Positions 53,265-64,000 of a DNA stretch of 64,000 nt are shown here, in pieces (position 1 is the stretch's first letter; the number at the start of each line of letters is the position of its first letter). Source of the stretch: Microbotryum violaceum (Eukaryota); assembly GCA_001244265.2 (NCBI GenBank), contig CDLV01000007.1:868001-932000 (forward strand), written 5' to 3'. The translations under genes and the position numbers were made by a program. The notes under the pieces were generated by a model. That model saw only the letters and a program-made list of their open reading frames with translations, searched no databases and was not told where the DNA came from.

Positions 53265-54124
53265 CACCCCGAGGGTACAACGCACTCCGAAGGCGGAAAT
53301 TCTTGTTCAATTTTTAACCTTAGGGCAGGGCGTAGATACACTACAACAGAGTCCCGCGCCTCCGGAAATGAGAAAGCGGTATGCGACGACATGCTTCATC
53401 AATTCTAGGACACTCTCAACAAGCACTGTACAACCGGCGTGGCGATGTGTACCCGCCGGAGGTACACACGACCGGTGCCCTCTCCAGCTGTGTACCCCTG
53501 GGGTTCCACGGCTCAGGCGCGGTCCGTCGCCGCCGACGGCCTTGCTGACTGCACTACAACAAACTTCCACGCCCCCGTTCAAAGCTCAGGATGTGTCTGG
53601 GGTTACGGAATGAAATAACCTCTTGCGACGAGACCGACGAAAAATTTGTTTGCTACATCCGACTTGCACTCTGAAAAGCCCGCAAGGCCAACGCACTTCC
53701 CTAGCTGAATTCTTCGTTCGAATCAGCCTCCGAGCAGAGCAGAGCGAAACTGCACTACAACGAACTTCCACGCACCCGCTCAAAGCCCAGGATGTGTCTG
53801 AAGTTACCGAAAGGATTCACCTCCCGCCGTTGGAGACTCGTATATGTTATTATACAGTGATCTGCCACCGGTGACCGACTTTGCACCCCCGGGGGTACAC
53901 AAGGCGCAAGCGGGAAAGCGCCTGTGTACTCCCGGGGGCACGCAGGACTGGTCCACTCTTCCGCTGTGTACTCCCGGTAATGATCACACCCCCCGCGCCG
54001 AATGACTGTGTACCCCCGGGAGTACACAGCTTTGTCGGCGGCACAGGCCGGGTCCCTCGGGGTTACACTCTTGTACTCTTGTCGCGCGCCGACTCTGTGT
54101 ATGGGTACCCCCGGGAGTACACAG
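53265..54124. repeat. Array of ~24-bp palindromic repeats (consensus CTGTGTACCCCCGGGRGTACACAG) with unique spacers, period 42-43 bp
   Basis: Copies start at about 53445, 53488, 53879, 53922, 53964, 54006, 54048 and 54101, with a partial copy at ~53265. Confidence 0.85.
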
Positions 54125-56576
54125 CCCCTACAAGGTCCTTGGCCGATGGACCGATATCCCTGCTCACTCGACTACATAAACTATCACGTCAACGGAGTAG
54201 GTATGCGGTGACGTATTTCATTGATTTTTGCTGACATGTTATCGCAAGCACTGTACAACGGAGCGCCGTTGGACGCGTCTGGACCCATGCTTTGGGGTGC
54301 TGTTGGAACAGAACAACTACAGCAACACCAATCCTCACCGCCCCCCGCCCCCCTCTGGCAACGTTCCCAAACCTGAACCTGCAGATGTCAGCATCGATGC
54401 GCATCAAATTTTAGTCTTTAACTTAGTAGAACCTTCAAGCTTGTCACGTACTGCAGTTCGATGAGTGTGGCGGTGGCGACCGGCTCGTGGGATCGTGGTC
54501 GTCAACGCGTCAACGCCTGATTAAGGCTGACATTCATTTTACTTTTGTGCACGGGCGTACATTTCCACCATGTGCGATATGGGCCGCATACAAAAAGCAA
54601 AGTCCTTCAATAACAAATAATCTACAGTCAACAAATGCGCCAAACCATCCCTAGCTAGCCCATGGGCTCGTCGAGAATCTCGAGGTCGTCCGAGTCCTCA
54701 ACGCTTGTCAGCCCGACTCTCCGTCGCCCTCCCCGAGCTCAGCATCATCTTCTTCCTCGACCTCGTGCTCCGATCGTGAACCCAAAACTTCTTCCACTCG
54801 TCTTTCATACACATCATCGCGGTCTCGCTCGGCATGCTCCGCGGCTGGATCGGGGGTCAGGCCAAGTTCCCTTCGGAATGCGTCGAGGTCGATGGTTGTG
54901 TGGCGCACGTCCACGGCAGAAGGACCTGATGAGCGGCGGCTCGACTCAGTGACGAGGCTCTGTATTTGAGTATTATTCAGCGTCGAAAGGCGGCGACCGA
55001 AATGACGTGGACTACCGCGCGACCGGCGCAACACCTGTTTCGCCCGTCCGGCGAAAACTCCTCCGATCAAACCGAATGCCGTGGGCCGCGATTCATGAAC
55101 TGCGGGTAAACGGGTAAACGCATTCTGAGCCAGACAACCGAGAGATCATCGCATTCGGCGAGCCGATCCAGACGCTCTTTGACCAAAATCTGCCGGCGTT
55201 GAAGCACATACCACACCGCAGTGCCAACCTCGCCCGCGGGTGGAAGCGGCAAACGCTGACGCGTTGCTGGGAGCAGACAGGAGAGGCAACACATCGTATG
55301 GTCGGTGGGCTTCGATTCAAGATATACGACAGAAAGCGTGAGGGAACAGAAAGCAGTAAGACCAGGACCGTGATCGATAGCGGCGCGTCAAGCGGCAATG
55401 CTGTTGCTCGCTCGCGCTCAGGCTCGCTACGGCTGGTCTACCAGCGTGGTGAGACGGCACGTGACTTAACCACGTCCATCAATGCTACCTTGTCCCCACC
55501 GCTAATGAGGTAATGATGTAATGATGTTCTAATCGAGCTTCTTCTCGCTACTAATCTAAAGAAGAAATTGACGATGAGTTTTCCGAATATGCTTTATACA
55601 CAATGGCAGCATTTATAAGATTGGATTACCCCGATACGAGCTTGCACGTACATGAGATGAACGTGTTGAAGGCCACACCAGCCTCCGTGTTGCGCTAGTT
55701 CTCGCGCCATCCAGCAACCCGGGTTACAGGCGGGCAACATGTATGGCTACGCCGCGCGGAAGCGAGGGTCGGAGGCGCGCTGCGCGCGCCACTTTTCAGC
55801 GTGCTTTGCTTATATATATAGCCAGAGGTGAAGAATAGTTCATGGTCATCACTGACGGAAGTTGCCTGGTGCTTCAGCCGCAATAACACCTCCATTTTTA
55901 TATTTTTATTTTTTATTTTGCCGTTCCAAGTTTGAGTTGTAGCTAGTCATACCATGTCTTTGATTAAGCCCATCACGAATGCCCTTCCACCGTCACGAGT
56001 CCGACTCGGCGCTATAAGTCGGCGCTTACGCCGAGCAAAAGATCCAAGCGCCGTAATTCACGCGACACATTTTGCCGGTTTGCCGTCTGCCTCGATCGAT
56101 ACGACTAGCTATAAGGGGCTTCTTCGCCGCCCACTTTGACACCGCGGGACTGCGAAGGTGTGTGACACAACCGTGAGTGTCACCTCTGGAGCTGTCTACT
56201 CTGTCTGTCCCGCCAAACCGACCTTTGGAATCGTCGAGCGATGGCGATTCGGCCAGGTGTCGTCCATTGCTCGGCCGGCCTCCGGCTATGCGAACGCATC
56301 CCCTAAGCTAGCCTGCAGGACGTGTTCTTCAGCGGTGACTACCCGGCCATGCAGCCGGATACGGATAGGACCCTTTCGTTGTTGCGGGTGCCGAGTGCGT
56401 AAGCGGCGATGAGGCCGAGCCCTCCACCCCCGATCCGGACGGCGACACCTCGACTCGACTCGACGTCACCGCGCACACTACGTGACCCGAGACGACGGCT
56501 GTGACAACACCTACCGCAGACTCAATGTGCTGACCGAACAACTTGCGTCTCTTGAACGCAGATAGATTCAGCCAGG

Positions 56577-59284
56577 ATGGCGCCTGCCCAGTCCAAGCTT
56601 GCACGAACGACCTCGAGCTTGCCAGGTGGATCGGCCTCACTGGCCGTTCCTTTACTCGTTGCACTCTACTATCTCCGGAAACGAACCACCGATGCGGCGA
56701 CCAAGGCAAATCTGCGTAAGCCACTGGGAATTTTCAACTGTGTGGTTGTGCAGCACGGTAGCTGACCACTCCTGGTCTCCGCCTCCTCACCGGCTCCTCA
56801 CCCCACTTGTCTCATACCCGATCCCGTGTTATGCCTCTAGGAGGAGTGCCTCTGACAACACCACAACTGGAGATGGCCCAGCGTGACCTTTATAAGCCGC
56901 GAGTCCCATTTTATGACGTGTTGACAGAACTATGTGGAGGACTAAGAGGCTCATCGTACCGCTGAATGTCGGCCTCCACAGACTTTCGGGGGGCGCACGC
57001 GAGCTGCTCGTGCCTTCGAGAGGCCGCGTCTCCAAAGTCCTCATCCGACCGACAAAGCAATCGACTTTCGAGGCCCACCGACCATTCTTTCGGGCACCCA
57101 AGAACACGCCTGCTGCAAGCACGACTTCGGCGGGCACTCGAGCGCAAACGGCCCGCGTCGGGGTCAACAAGGAATTTTTCCGCCAGATTTCGGCCATCTT
57201 CAAGATCATTTTCCCTCGCTTGACGAGCAAAGAGGTTTTTCTCGTCGCGACACATACCAGTTTCTTGCTGCTACGGACATATCTCTCGCTGCTGGTCGCC
57301 AAGTTGGATGGACGACTGGTCGGTGACCTCGTCTCGGCGAATGGGAAGGGGTTCATCCGAGGCCTCGGGCTGTGGTTCGCTTTGGCTGTCCCCAGCGTGT
57401 ATACGAACTCGATGATCCGCTACCTCCAGCAGAAGCTGTCCATCTCTTTCCGGACGCGTCTCACACGCTACGTGCACGATCTCTACCTGTCGCCGAAGAA
57501 CACCTTCTACAGCATCGTCAACCTCGACGGGCGGATTGAAGGCGCCGATCAGTTTGTTACGACTGACATCGCGCGGTTCTGTGACACATTGTCCGCGCTT
57601 TAGTGAGTTCCCAGCTCTCTTTGATTCCCGATATTGCACCCTGCTGACCGATGACGTTGCTCGACACTCAGCTCCAACATCTCTAAGCCCACGCTGGATC
57701 TGATGTTATTCAACATCCAGCTTGGTCGATCAATTGGAGCCAAGGGTTCCGGTGGTCTATTGGTGTCGTACGTTTTGACGGCATGGATCTTGCGCAAGGT
57801 CACACCAGCGTTCGGGAAGCTCGCCGCCATCGAAGCCAAGCTCGAAGGTGATTTTCGCAATGCCCACTCGCGCCTCATCATCAACGCCGAAGAGATTGCC
57901 TTCTACGACGGTGCGAGCATCGAAAAGGACATTCTCAATCGCGCTTACTTGCGTCTGATCAAGCACGTCAACTCGATCTTCAAGATCCGCATCTTGTACG
58001 GCATGATTGAGGACTTTATCGTAAAGTACATGTGGTCAGCTTGTGGCTACTGTCTCATCTCGATCCCTGTCTTCTTCGCACCCAAGCACACGGGCGCCGA
58101 GAACTCGGTCGAGACCGCCGAAACGGACGGGAGGAAGGTGGCACAGCGAACCGAAAGCTACATTTCGAACCGACGGTTGCTGCTCTCGCTTGCGGACGCG
58201 GGTGGACGACTCATGTACAGTTGGAAGGACCTGTCTGAGCTGGCTGGCTCGACCTCGCGTGTCTACAGCTTGCTCTCGACATTGCACGATCTTGATGCAA
58301 AGCGCTACCAGTCCGTCCCTCGACCGGTCGACCTTGCCGCTTGCAAACCCTTCTACGATCTCGGCAGTGTGACGGGCGAGCTCATGCTTGAGCCTCGATC
58401 GACGGCGCTCAACGAGCCTGTCGCTGTGTCGTTCGACGATGTGCCTATCGTCGCTCCCGCCCCTGGTATGGCTCGAGGCGGAGAGGAGCTAATCAAGAAG
58501 CTCAACGTCAAGATTCACCGAGGCGAGCATTTCTTGATCACCGGACCCAACGGATCCGGAAAGACCTCGATCGCTCGTGTGCTGGCCGGTCTGTGGCCCG
58601 CCTTCGAAGGCGTCGTAACCCGCCCCCAGGACGAGGACATCTTCTTCCTCCCTCAGCGACCTTACCTCAGTGCTGGTAGTCTGCGCGACCAGATCATATA
58701 CCCCCACTCGTACCCTGACTTCGTCGCGTCTGGACGCAGCGAGGCGGAATTGCTCAACATCCTCAAGCACGTGCATTTGGCGTACTTGCCCGCTCGTGAA
58801 GGTGGACTTGACACACGTAAGGAGTGGAAAGATGTTCTCTCCGGTGGTGAGAAACAACGCGTGAGTCCTACTTCTTTTTGGTGCCGATGCTGGGTAGATG
58901 AGGAGTGCTGACGAGTTAGATGCTTGGAGCTTTTAGATGGGTATCGCTCGATTGTTTTATCACTTGCCCAAGTACGGTGTTCTGGACGAATGCACCTCGG
59001 CCGTCTCGACCGATGTCGAAGGGATGATGTATCAACACGCCAAGGACCTCGGCATCACCCTCATCACCATCTCGCATCGACCCTCGCTCTTCAAATACCA
59101 CCATCATCTCTTGCGTCTCACGGGAACCGATGGGGAATGGGAGACGACGCAGATTGGTACGGCGGCTGAGACGTTGTCGTTCCAGAAGGAGATTAATTCT
59201 CTGACCGAGAAGCTTAGCGATGTGGATACGTGGAAGGCGCGACTCAAAGAGATTGAGAAAGAGCTCGCTTTCACTACCACATGA
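56577..59284 (+). CDS. PXA1: Peroxisomal long-chain fatty acyl-CoA ABCD half-transporter, Pxa1 type (multi-exon)
   Basis: [17 protein letters not shown]-like [41 protein letters not shown], Walker [22 protein letters not shown] and LDECTSAVS. Confidence 0.92.
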
Positions 59285-59372
59285 GATGATTGCTCGTAGG
59301 GGCAGTTAGCCCCATTTGATGATATGAGCTTTCCGTAGCATATTGTGTAATGATGAAAGCATGTATTCAATA

Positions 59373-60505
59373 CTACATGATTGATAGGAGGTCTGTTGAA
59401 TCATACAACGTCTCGATGATCGCCTGCGCCACTTCGTCGCCCACCGAGCCCATAACCCTTGGCTGCGCAAGCAACCGCACGATTTCGTTTCGGAAGGCTC
59501 TGTACAGTGGAAGGCTAGCAAAAAGGGGATGCAGTTCGTCGAGCACCTGCATGAGGTTGATCATCGCATTCCGAAGGGCGTGCGCTTCGCTGGTATTGGC
59601 GTGGGCGTCGACGACGTCCAGTTGATCGAGCAGATCGAGAAGCTCGAAAGCCATATCGAGGAGTTGCTCCATGATCTCAACACACACTTGCTCGAATAGA
59701 TGGGCAGAAGGGTGGGTATGTTCGATGCACAGCAATATGCTGGTCAGCAAGTGACCGAGTTGCGGGTATCGGAGGGCATCATGGAGTACGGAGCGAGCAA
59801 AATGGGCAACCTGTCCAAAAATGGCTCGACGAGTCAGAGCTCACGTGTCCACTTCTCGAGCGGGATAGAGTTTTGGAAGCGAATGAACACGAACTTCGGT
59901 CCATGTGCCCACTCTGGCCATGTCAGATATCTGAAGGAGATGCAAGACGATGATCTCCATGTCACGGTACGACATAGTTTGCTCGACGATCACACTGTGT
60001 CGAACGTCCATGAATATTGACGATAGTTGAGTGGCAGAGTGCCGGTCCTTGCAGTGTTCATATGTCAAATAATCATGATATACCGTGGGTCCGGCTTGGA
60101 TGTACAAGAAGCGTCAAGATGATCATTCAAGAGACTGATTCCGGAGACAGGATCTCGGTGCGACGGGGTCAGCTCACCTTTTCGTACGACCGAGAGAACC
60201 TCGGCCCTTGGGACGAGTCCGACAGCGACGACTAGTGGCCACTGTGCTCGTAGCTCGCTGACAAATCCTGGAATAGACTCGCCAACGTAGTGTCAGCCCG
60301 ACTCGATTGATGACATCGACCCGCCTGCCGAAACGGACTCACCGGTCGGGGTCCGAGCAGCGGGCTTAAAACTGAGCAGAGTTATAGCCTACCGAGCAAT
60401 GCGTCGCACTGTCGCGTTACATCTCGGTCGACTCGAGACTGTGACATCACTTGGACTAACCAACGCGATACGAAGACGGTTTCGAGCAGCTGGACTTATG
60501 TTCAT
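59373..60505 (-). CDS. Hypothetical multi-exon protein
   Basis: Helical terminal exon at 59373-59690, preceded by several short exons with GTRAG/GTCAG...AG introns. No recognised domain; the start is uncertain. Confidence 0.35.
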
Positions 60506-61043
60506 CGTGTTGGAACCGCTGCAGATGGGAAGACGGTGCCGAACCGGCGGCGATTGGACCGTCTCGGCAGTCTCCAGAGAGCCAGTTTTCCGGCGCTCCA
60601 CGCCTTAGCCGGCTCCTTTCAATCACCACGTATACCTACGAATATCCTACCTACTCGCGAAAGGGACGAGCTTTAAGGCCGGCTATGAGAACGAAACCGT
60701 ACTATTTGTTCTGGCTGGCGAGTTGGCATTCACGTATCCTAGGTATTCAATACCGGAGTGAAGACAAAGTTGTACTGGCACTTAGTAGTCACACTACAAT
60801 GTCTGGTCTGCCAGGAATTGCCCGCGAGACCCGAGTCAGCGGCCTGAGCCAGAATGATCGTGATCGGAAGACTCACATTTCAATGTCCTTTGGCAGCGGA
60901 AGCTCACGCTCCCCACTGCTGCGGTCTTCCGAAAGGAGGCGACCGCCTTGACCAAGTCAGATTGAGAGCAGAAAGTACTGGATATGGGGCACATGATGTT
61001 GGAATCAACGATGATCCCGATATGATCAACAAAAGAAGAAGAA

Positions 61044-61116
61044 CGACTGGACCAGGAGTCGAACCTGGGTCGCTTCCATTCATTGGAAAAGCTTTGACCA
61101 ACTAAGCTATCCAGCC
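61044..61116 (-). tRNA. tRNA-like gene with an atypical anticodon arm (nominal anticodon TGA); possibly a pseudo-tRNA
   Basis: Acceptor stem GGCTGGA/TCCAGTC, D-arm GCTT-AGTTGGTCA-AAGC, T-arm CCAGG-TTCGACT-CCTGG, anticodon arm TTTCC-AATGAAT-GGAAG, a 4-nt variable loop and a downstream TTTT. Confidence 0.75.
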
Positions 61117-64000
61117 CCTGATATCAGTGCAAGGTCTACTAACACCTTCAACACATGATACTTGCTGGTACGATGTAAAGCGTTATGACGTATCTTCTTG
61201 CACTCCTCTGTCAAACGAAGCCTTGCTGGGCTTGCCCTTTTTTGCTTTCAGGCTGGGAGCGAGCTTGTCGACAAGGCAGCGCGGGCATTCCCGATGATCG
61301 CCCTCGTTTCTTTGCCGGTCACTTTGTCTTCTGCGCCTGCGCCCTGCACCTTGCACCCTGCACCTACGCGCCTTACACTTATCTCGACGACGGTCGAACA
61401 CGGGCACAACTGCCTCGAAGACGCTGCGAACGTCGTCCACGACGTCCTTCGCTCTCGGGAGACAAGGAGCGCGCTGGTCTCCGTCTCCCTCGCCGGCGAG
61501 ATCGATGGCAAATCACTTCTTCAAAGCCTCCGAGCCCCTTCGCATCCCGCGACTACTCCCGGCGTATTTGTTGAGAAGGACCCTAGCTGATCCTCTCCAC
61601 TGTATATTTACTACGCCCTGCTCCGTCGGGATTGTTTAGAGCTCTACTGCCTTCGAACATCAATGCGAAGCCTCGACGGACATCGCGAAGGGCAAGGAGC
61701 CAAAGCGACGTCGGGTGCTCCTCGATGCGATCGTCACCTCGAGGAGATTGTTGCAGCGGCGGATCCAAGAATCGTGTTAGGCGGATCCAAGAAGCCATCG
61801 TGTTCAACCATACCATCCAGCATCCCAAGCTCAACGAGACGCTTGCCAAGATCGCCAACAGCAGCAACAGCCTTCCTACGGATCGATCCCTGTGTTGTGG
61901 ATTTGGACTTGGAGTACCAATGAATGAATGAAGATTCGCTGTAGCTACACGGCGTTGATAGATGACCTATTGTGAGATAGAGTATCGCCAAGGTCAATCA
62001 ACTTGTAGCAGGCGAATGGGCGAGATAGATATCGAGTGTGTGTTAAAGAAGAAGGAGAGAGTGAACGAGACCAGAGCCTTAGATAGTATCCGCGTGCAAG
62101 CCACCTCTGAGTCCAATCAATACGCCACACCGCCATCTGCCTCCATCCGGCGCCGATCCACGCGCGCGCCAACTTCCCAATGCCACAAGTCCCTCTGGAC
62201 CGCTGACCCTTTACTAATTTCCCACAACACCCTGTCCCCCACCATGCCCCCGTCATCACGAGCGACACCCTCGCCGCATTAGTCCCCGGACGATCGAGAA
62301 AAGCATGGGAGGGCAGGTTCAACAACGGTGACGAACCAACACAAGTCTTCGGCTTTGTTCGCTGGTTCGAGCACGGCTTAGACTCGTCCCGCGGCCCGCG
62401 AAGCCGATCCCCTCGTCTGGACGTTGACTAAATTCGGACAGGTTTGTGACGTTGCGCTCTATCCCAACCGCGTCGACCTCGTGAGCGCCGGCAGCGGAGT
62501 TTCAGTGCTTCTCGGCGCCGACTCCTCCCGTTTTAGCGCCGTGTTGTCGAGCAAGTACAGCTCCAAAACATCAGCTTGGTGGCCTTGTCGTGTGCGACGC
62601 TCACCCCGCGGTGTGAAACTAGCAACGGTTGTGGCGAGCCTCGTTCTCGAGTGCGAGTACTTCAGCAGGATCAAAGGGATCGGGCCAGCAACCCTCGAAA
62701 AGTGGCAGGGTACGCCACATGAAGACCCTTCGAGAGTCTCGCGACATGCGTACCCGCCGCAATCCCCTGTTGTGCACTAACTGAGAATCTTCTCCACTGC
62801 ACTCTGCCACCCCCCTTCCGTGCCTTTCGGTCCAAGATTCCGAACTCCAAAGAGACCTCGCCGTTGAAGTTCGACTACGTCAAGCCGAGCAGTCGACCTG
62901 CCTGGTCTCGACGACGCCGTGAACGGTTTAGGCAGCGGTCAAGGCGGAGTCGGGCCACCTCTTGGTCGAGCCCGAATTCGAGGACGGCATAGAACGATAA
63001 AAGCGCAAACTCCAGACTTTCAGATCGATGGAGAGGAACAAGGCGACCACGGCCGCCGAAGCTCATGTCCCGTACTCGAAGCAATCGGACTCGGGCAGGA
63101 GCTGCAGCCTTGCCCTGGCGACGAAAATTCTCTCGGCGGACTTGAATACAAAGGTATCGACAATGACGGGTACGTTCGACGATCTGGTTCAAGAACCCAC
63201 TTTGCCTGGAGGATTAAGGTAAAGCGCACATCGGTCTCGAAGACCCGCCGCAAGGACGACGCGTCACTGTCACCGGGAGGCAAGCGCACCGCCGGCAACT
63301 GAAGTTGTCGTAGAGTCGGACTCGGCTTCGCCTTTCAGTCGATCGTCGACGTATCCGAACCGCGCGGCCACGGCATCGCACCAATGTTGATTGATGGGTG
63401 AAGCCGTGCGAAGACAAAGGAGGTTGATTTGTGGTCGCAGCTTTCGGAGTTTTGTCGCACCGGGACCGGAGTCGCCACCCGTGCTTCAAGTCAGCATCAT
63501 GATCTTGTCTAGGTGTCGTTACAGATCAGAATTTTGACATTGTTTAAATCATCCCCGAATAAGATCATACGTTTGCGCGGTGCTACACTAAATGACTTTC
63601 CCGAGATCGCCTCCGAGTGGCCGGTCAACTCGATTGCGCATCGGCCTCGTCAATTGCACTTTCCCTTTGCCCTTTTGACCCGGCGAGCGAGCGAGCAAGT
63701 GCCTCCCCATCCGGCGCTCTTGGTTAACTTGGTTGTTATTCATCCCGTAAGCCGAGGAGGACACCATCGATCGGCGCATCATCAAGCCTTGGGTACTGAT
63801 ACTCACGCGGGCTGTCGGATTGCGGACTATTGCAGTCACGTTCGCACATTGCCACGCCCCGTCCCCGTGGCGTCGATTTCCGCGTCGCCGGCCTAGTCAT
63901 TGGCTTCCGTGAACGGGCGACTCCGTCTCGCGACGGACATCATCTATCACGACGGTCCGAACGGAACACCTTTTATTGTCGAGGCACGTACCTGCGCCTC

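Larger units (their letters stand above)
51283..55830. mobile_element. 4548-bp TIR DNA element (CACC...GGTG ends) with cargo ORFs and no recognisable transposase
   Basis: TIRs of ~130 bp at 51283-51413 and 55695-55830 share the core CGACCCTCGCTTCCGCGCGGCGTAGCCATACATGTTGCCCGCCTG. Flanking duplication AAGAATAGG (51274-51282) / AAGAATAGT (55831-55839). Confidence 0.9.
43900..55960 (-). mobile_element. Decayed tyrosine-recombinase retrotransposon (DIRS/Ngaro class): gag - RT - RNase H - YR, interrupted by three nested elements; boundaries approximate
   Basis: Domain order on the minus strand is gag-like (49.9-51.3 kb plus 55.84-55.95 kb), RT, DIRS-type RNase H and tyrosine recombinase, with many stops and frameshifts. 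Confidence 0.88.

Noticed and set aside
53265-54124. Annotating the palindrome array as a bona fide CRISPR
   Set aside because: The context is eukaryotic, no cas genes are present, the spacers are only ~18 nt and the repeats are degenerate. It is kept as an unclassified array.
51729-55400. Fanzor/TnpB or DDE transposase within the TIR element
   Set aside because: No RuvC (D-E-D plus zinc finger) or DDE motifs were recognisable in any listed frame.
61185-61931. ORF cluster downstream of the tRNA-like gene as a functional gene
   Set aside because: Overlapping short frames with stops and no recognisable domain; it cannot be supported as a gene.

Overview
This is intron-rich fungal DNA, most likely from a basidiomycete yeast (GTRAGT/GTCAGT donors, CTGAC-type branch points). 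About 1-39 kb is a dense housekeeping block: SAM50, LCB2, PGI1, RSM24, NNF1-like, TRR1, a peroxisomal hydratase ending SKL, a Gfo/Idh/MocA oxidoreductase, a Bin3/MePCE methyltransferase, a PPR-like protein, a full-size ABCG transporter, an APC permease, DES1, RAX1, APT1 and MRPL20. At 39.9-43.7 kb lie two paralogous, probably secreted, ricin-like genes. At 43.7-56 kb a decayed tyrosine-recombinase (DIRS/Ngaro-type) retrotransposon is split by three nested insertions: a solo LTR, a deleted MULE with a perfect 9-bp TSD, and a 4.5-kb TIR element with no recognisable transposase that carries a regularly spaced array of palindromic repeats and unique spacers. PXA1, an unknown gene, an atypical tRNA-like gene and decayed sequence follow. 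The strongest leads are the array-bearing TIR element, a TGA-CTA readthrough extension of PGI ending in PTS1-like GRL, a highly structured intron and the odd tRNA. Exon boundaries were read by eye and are approximate; no database searches were run.
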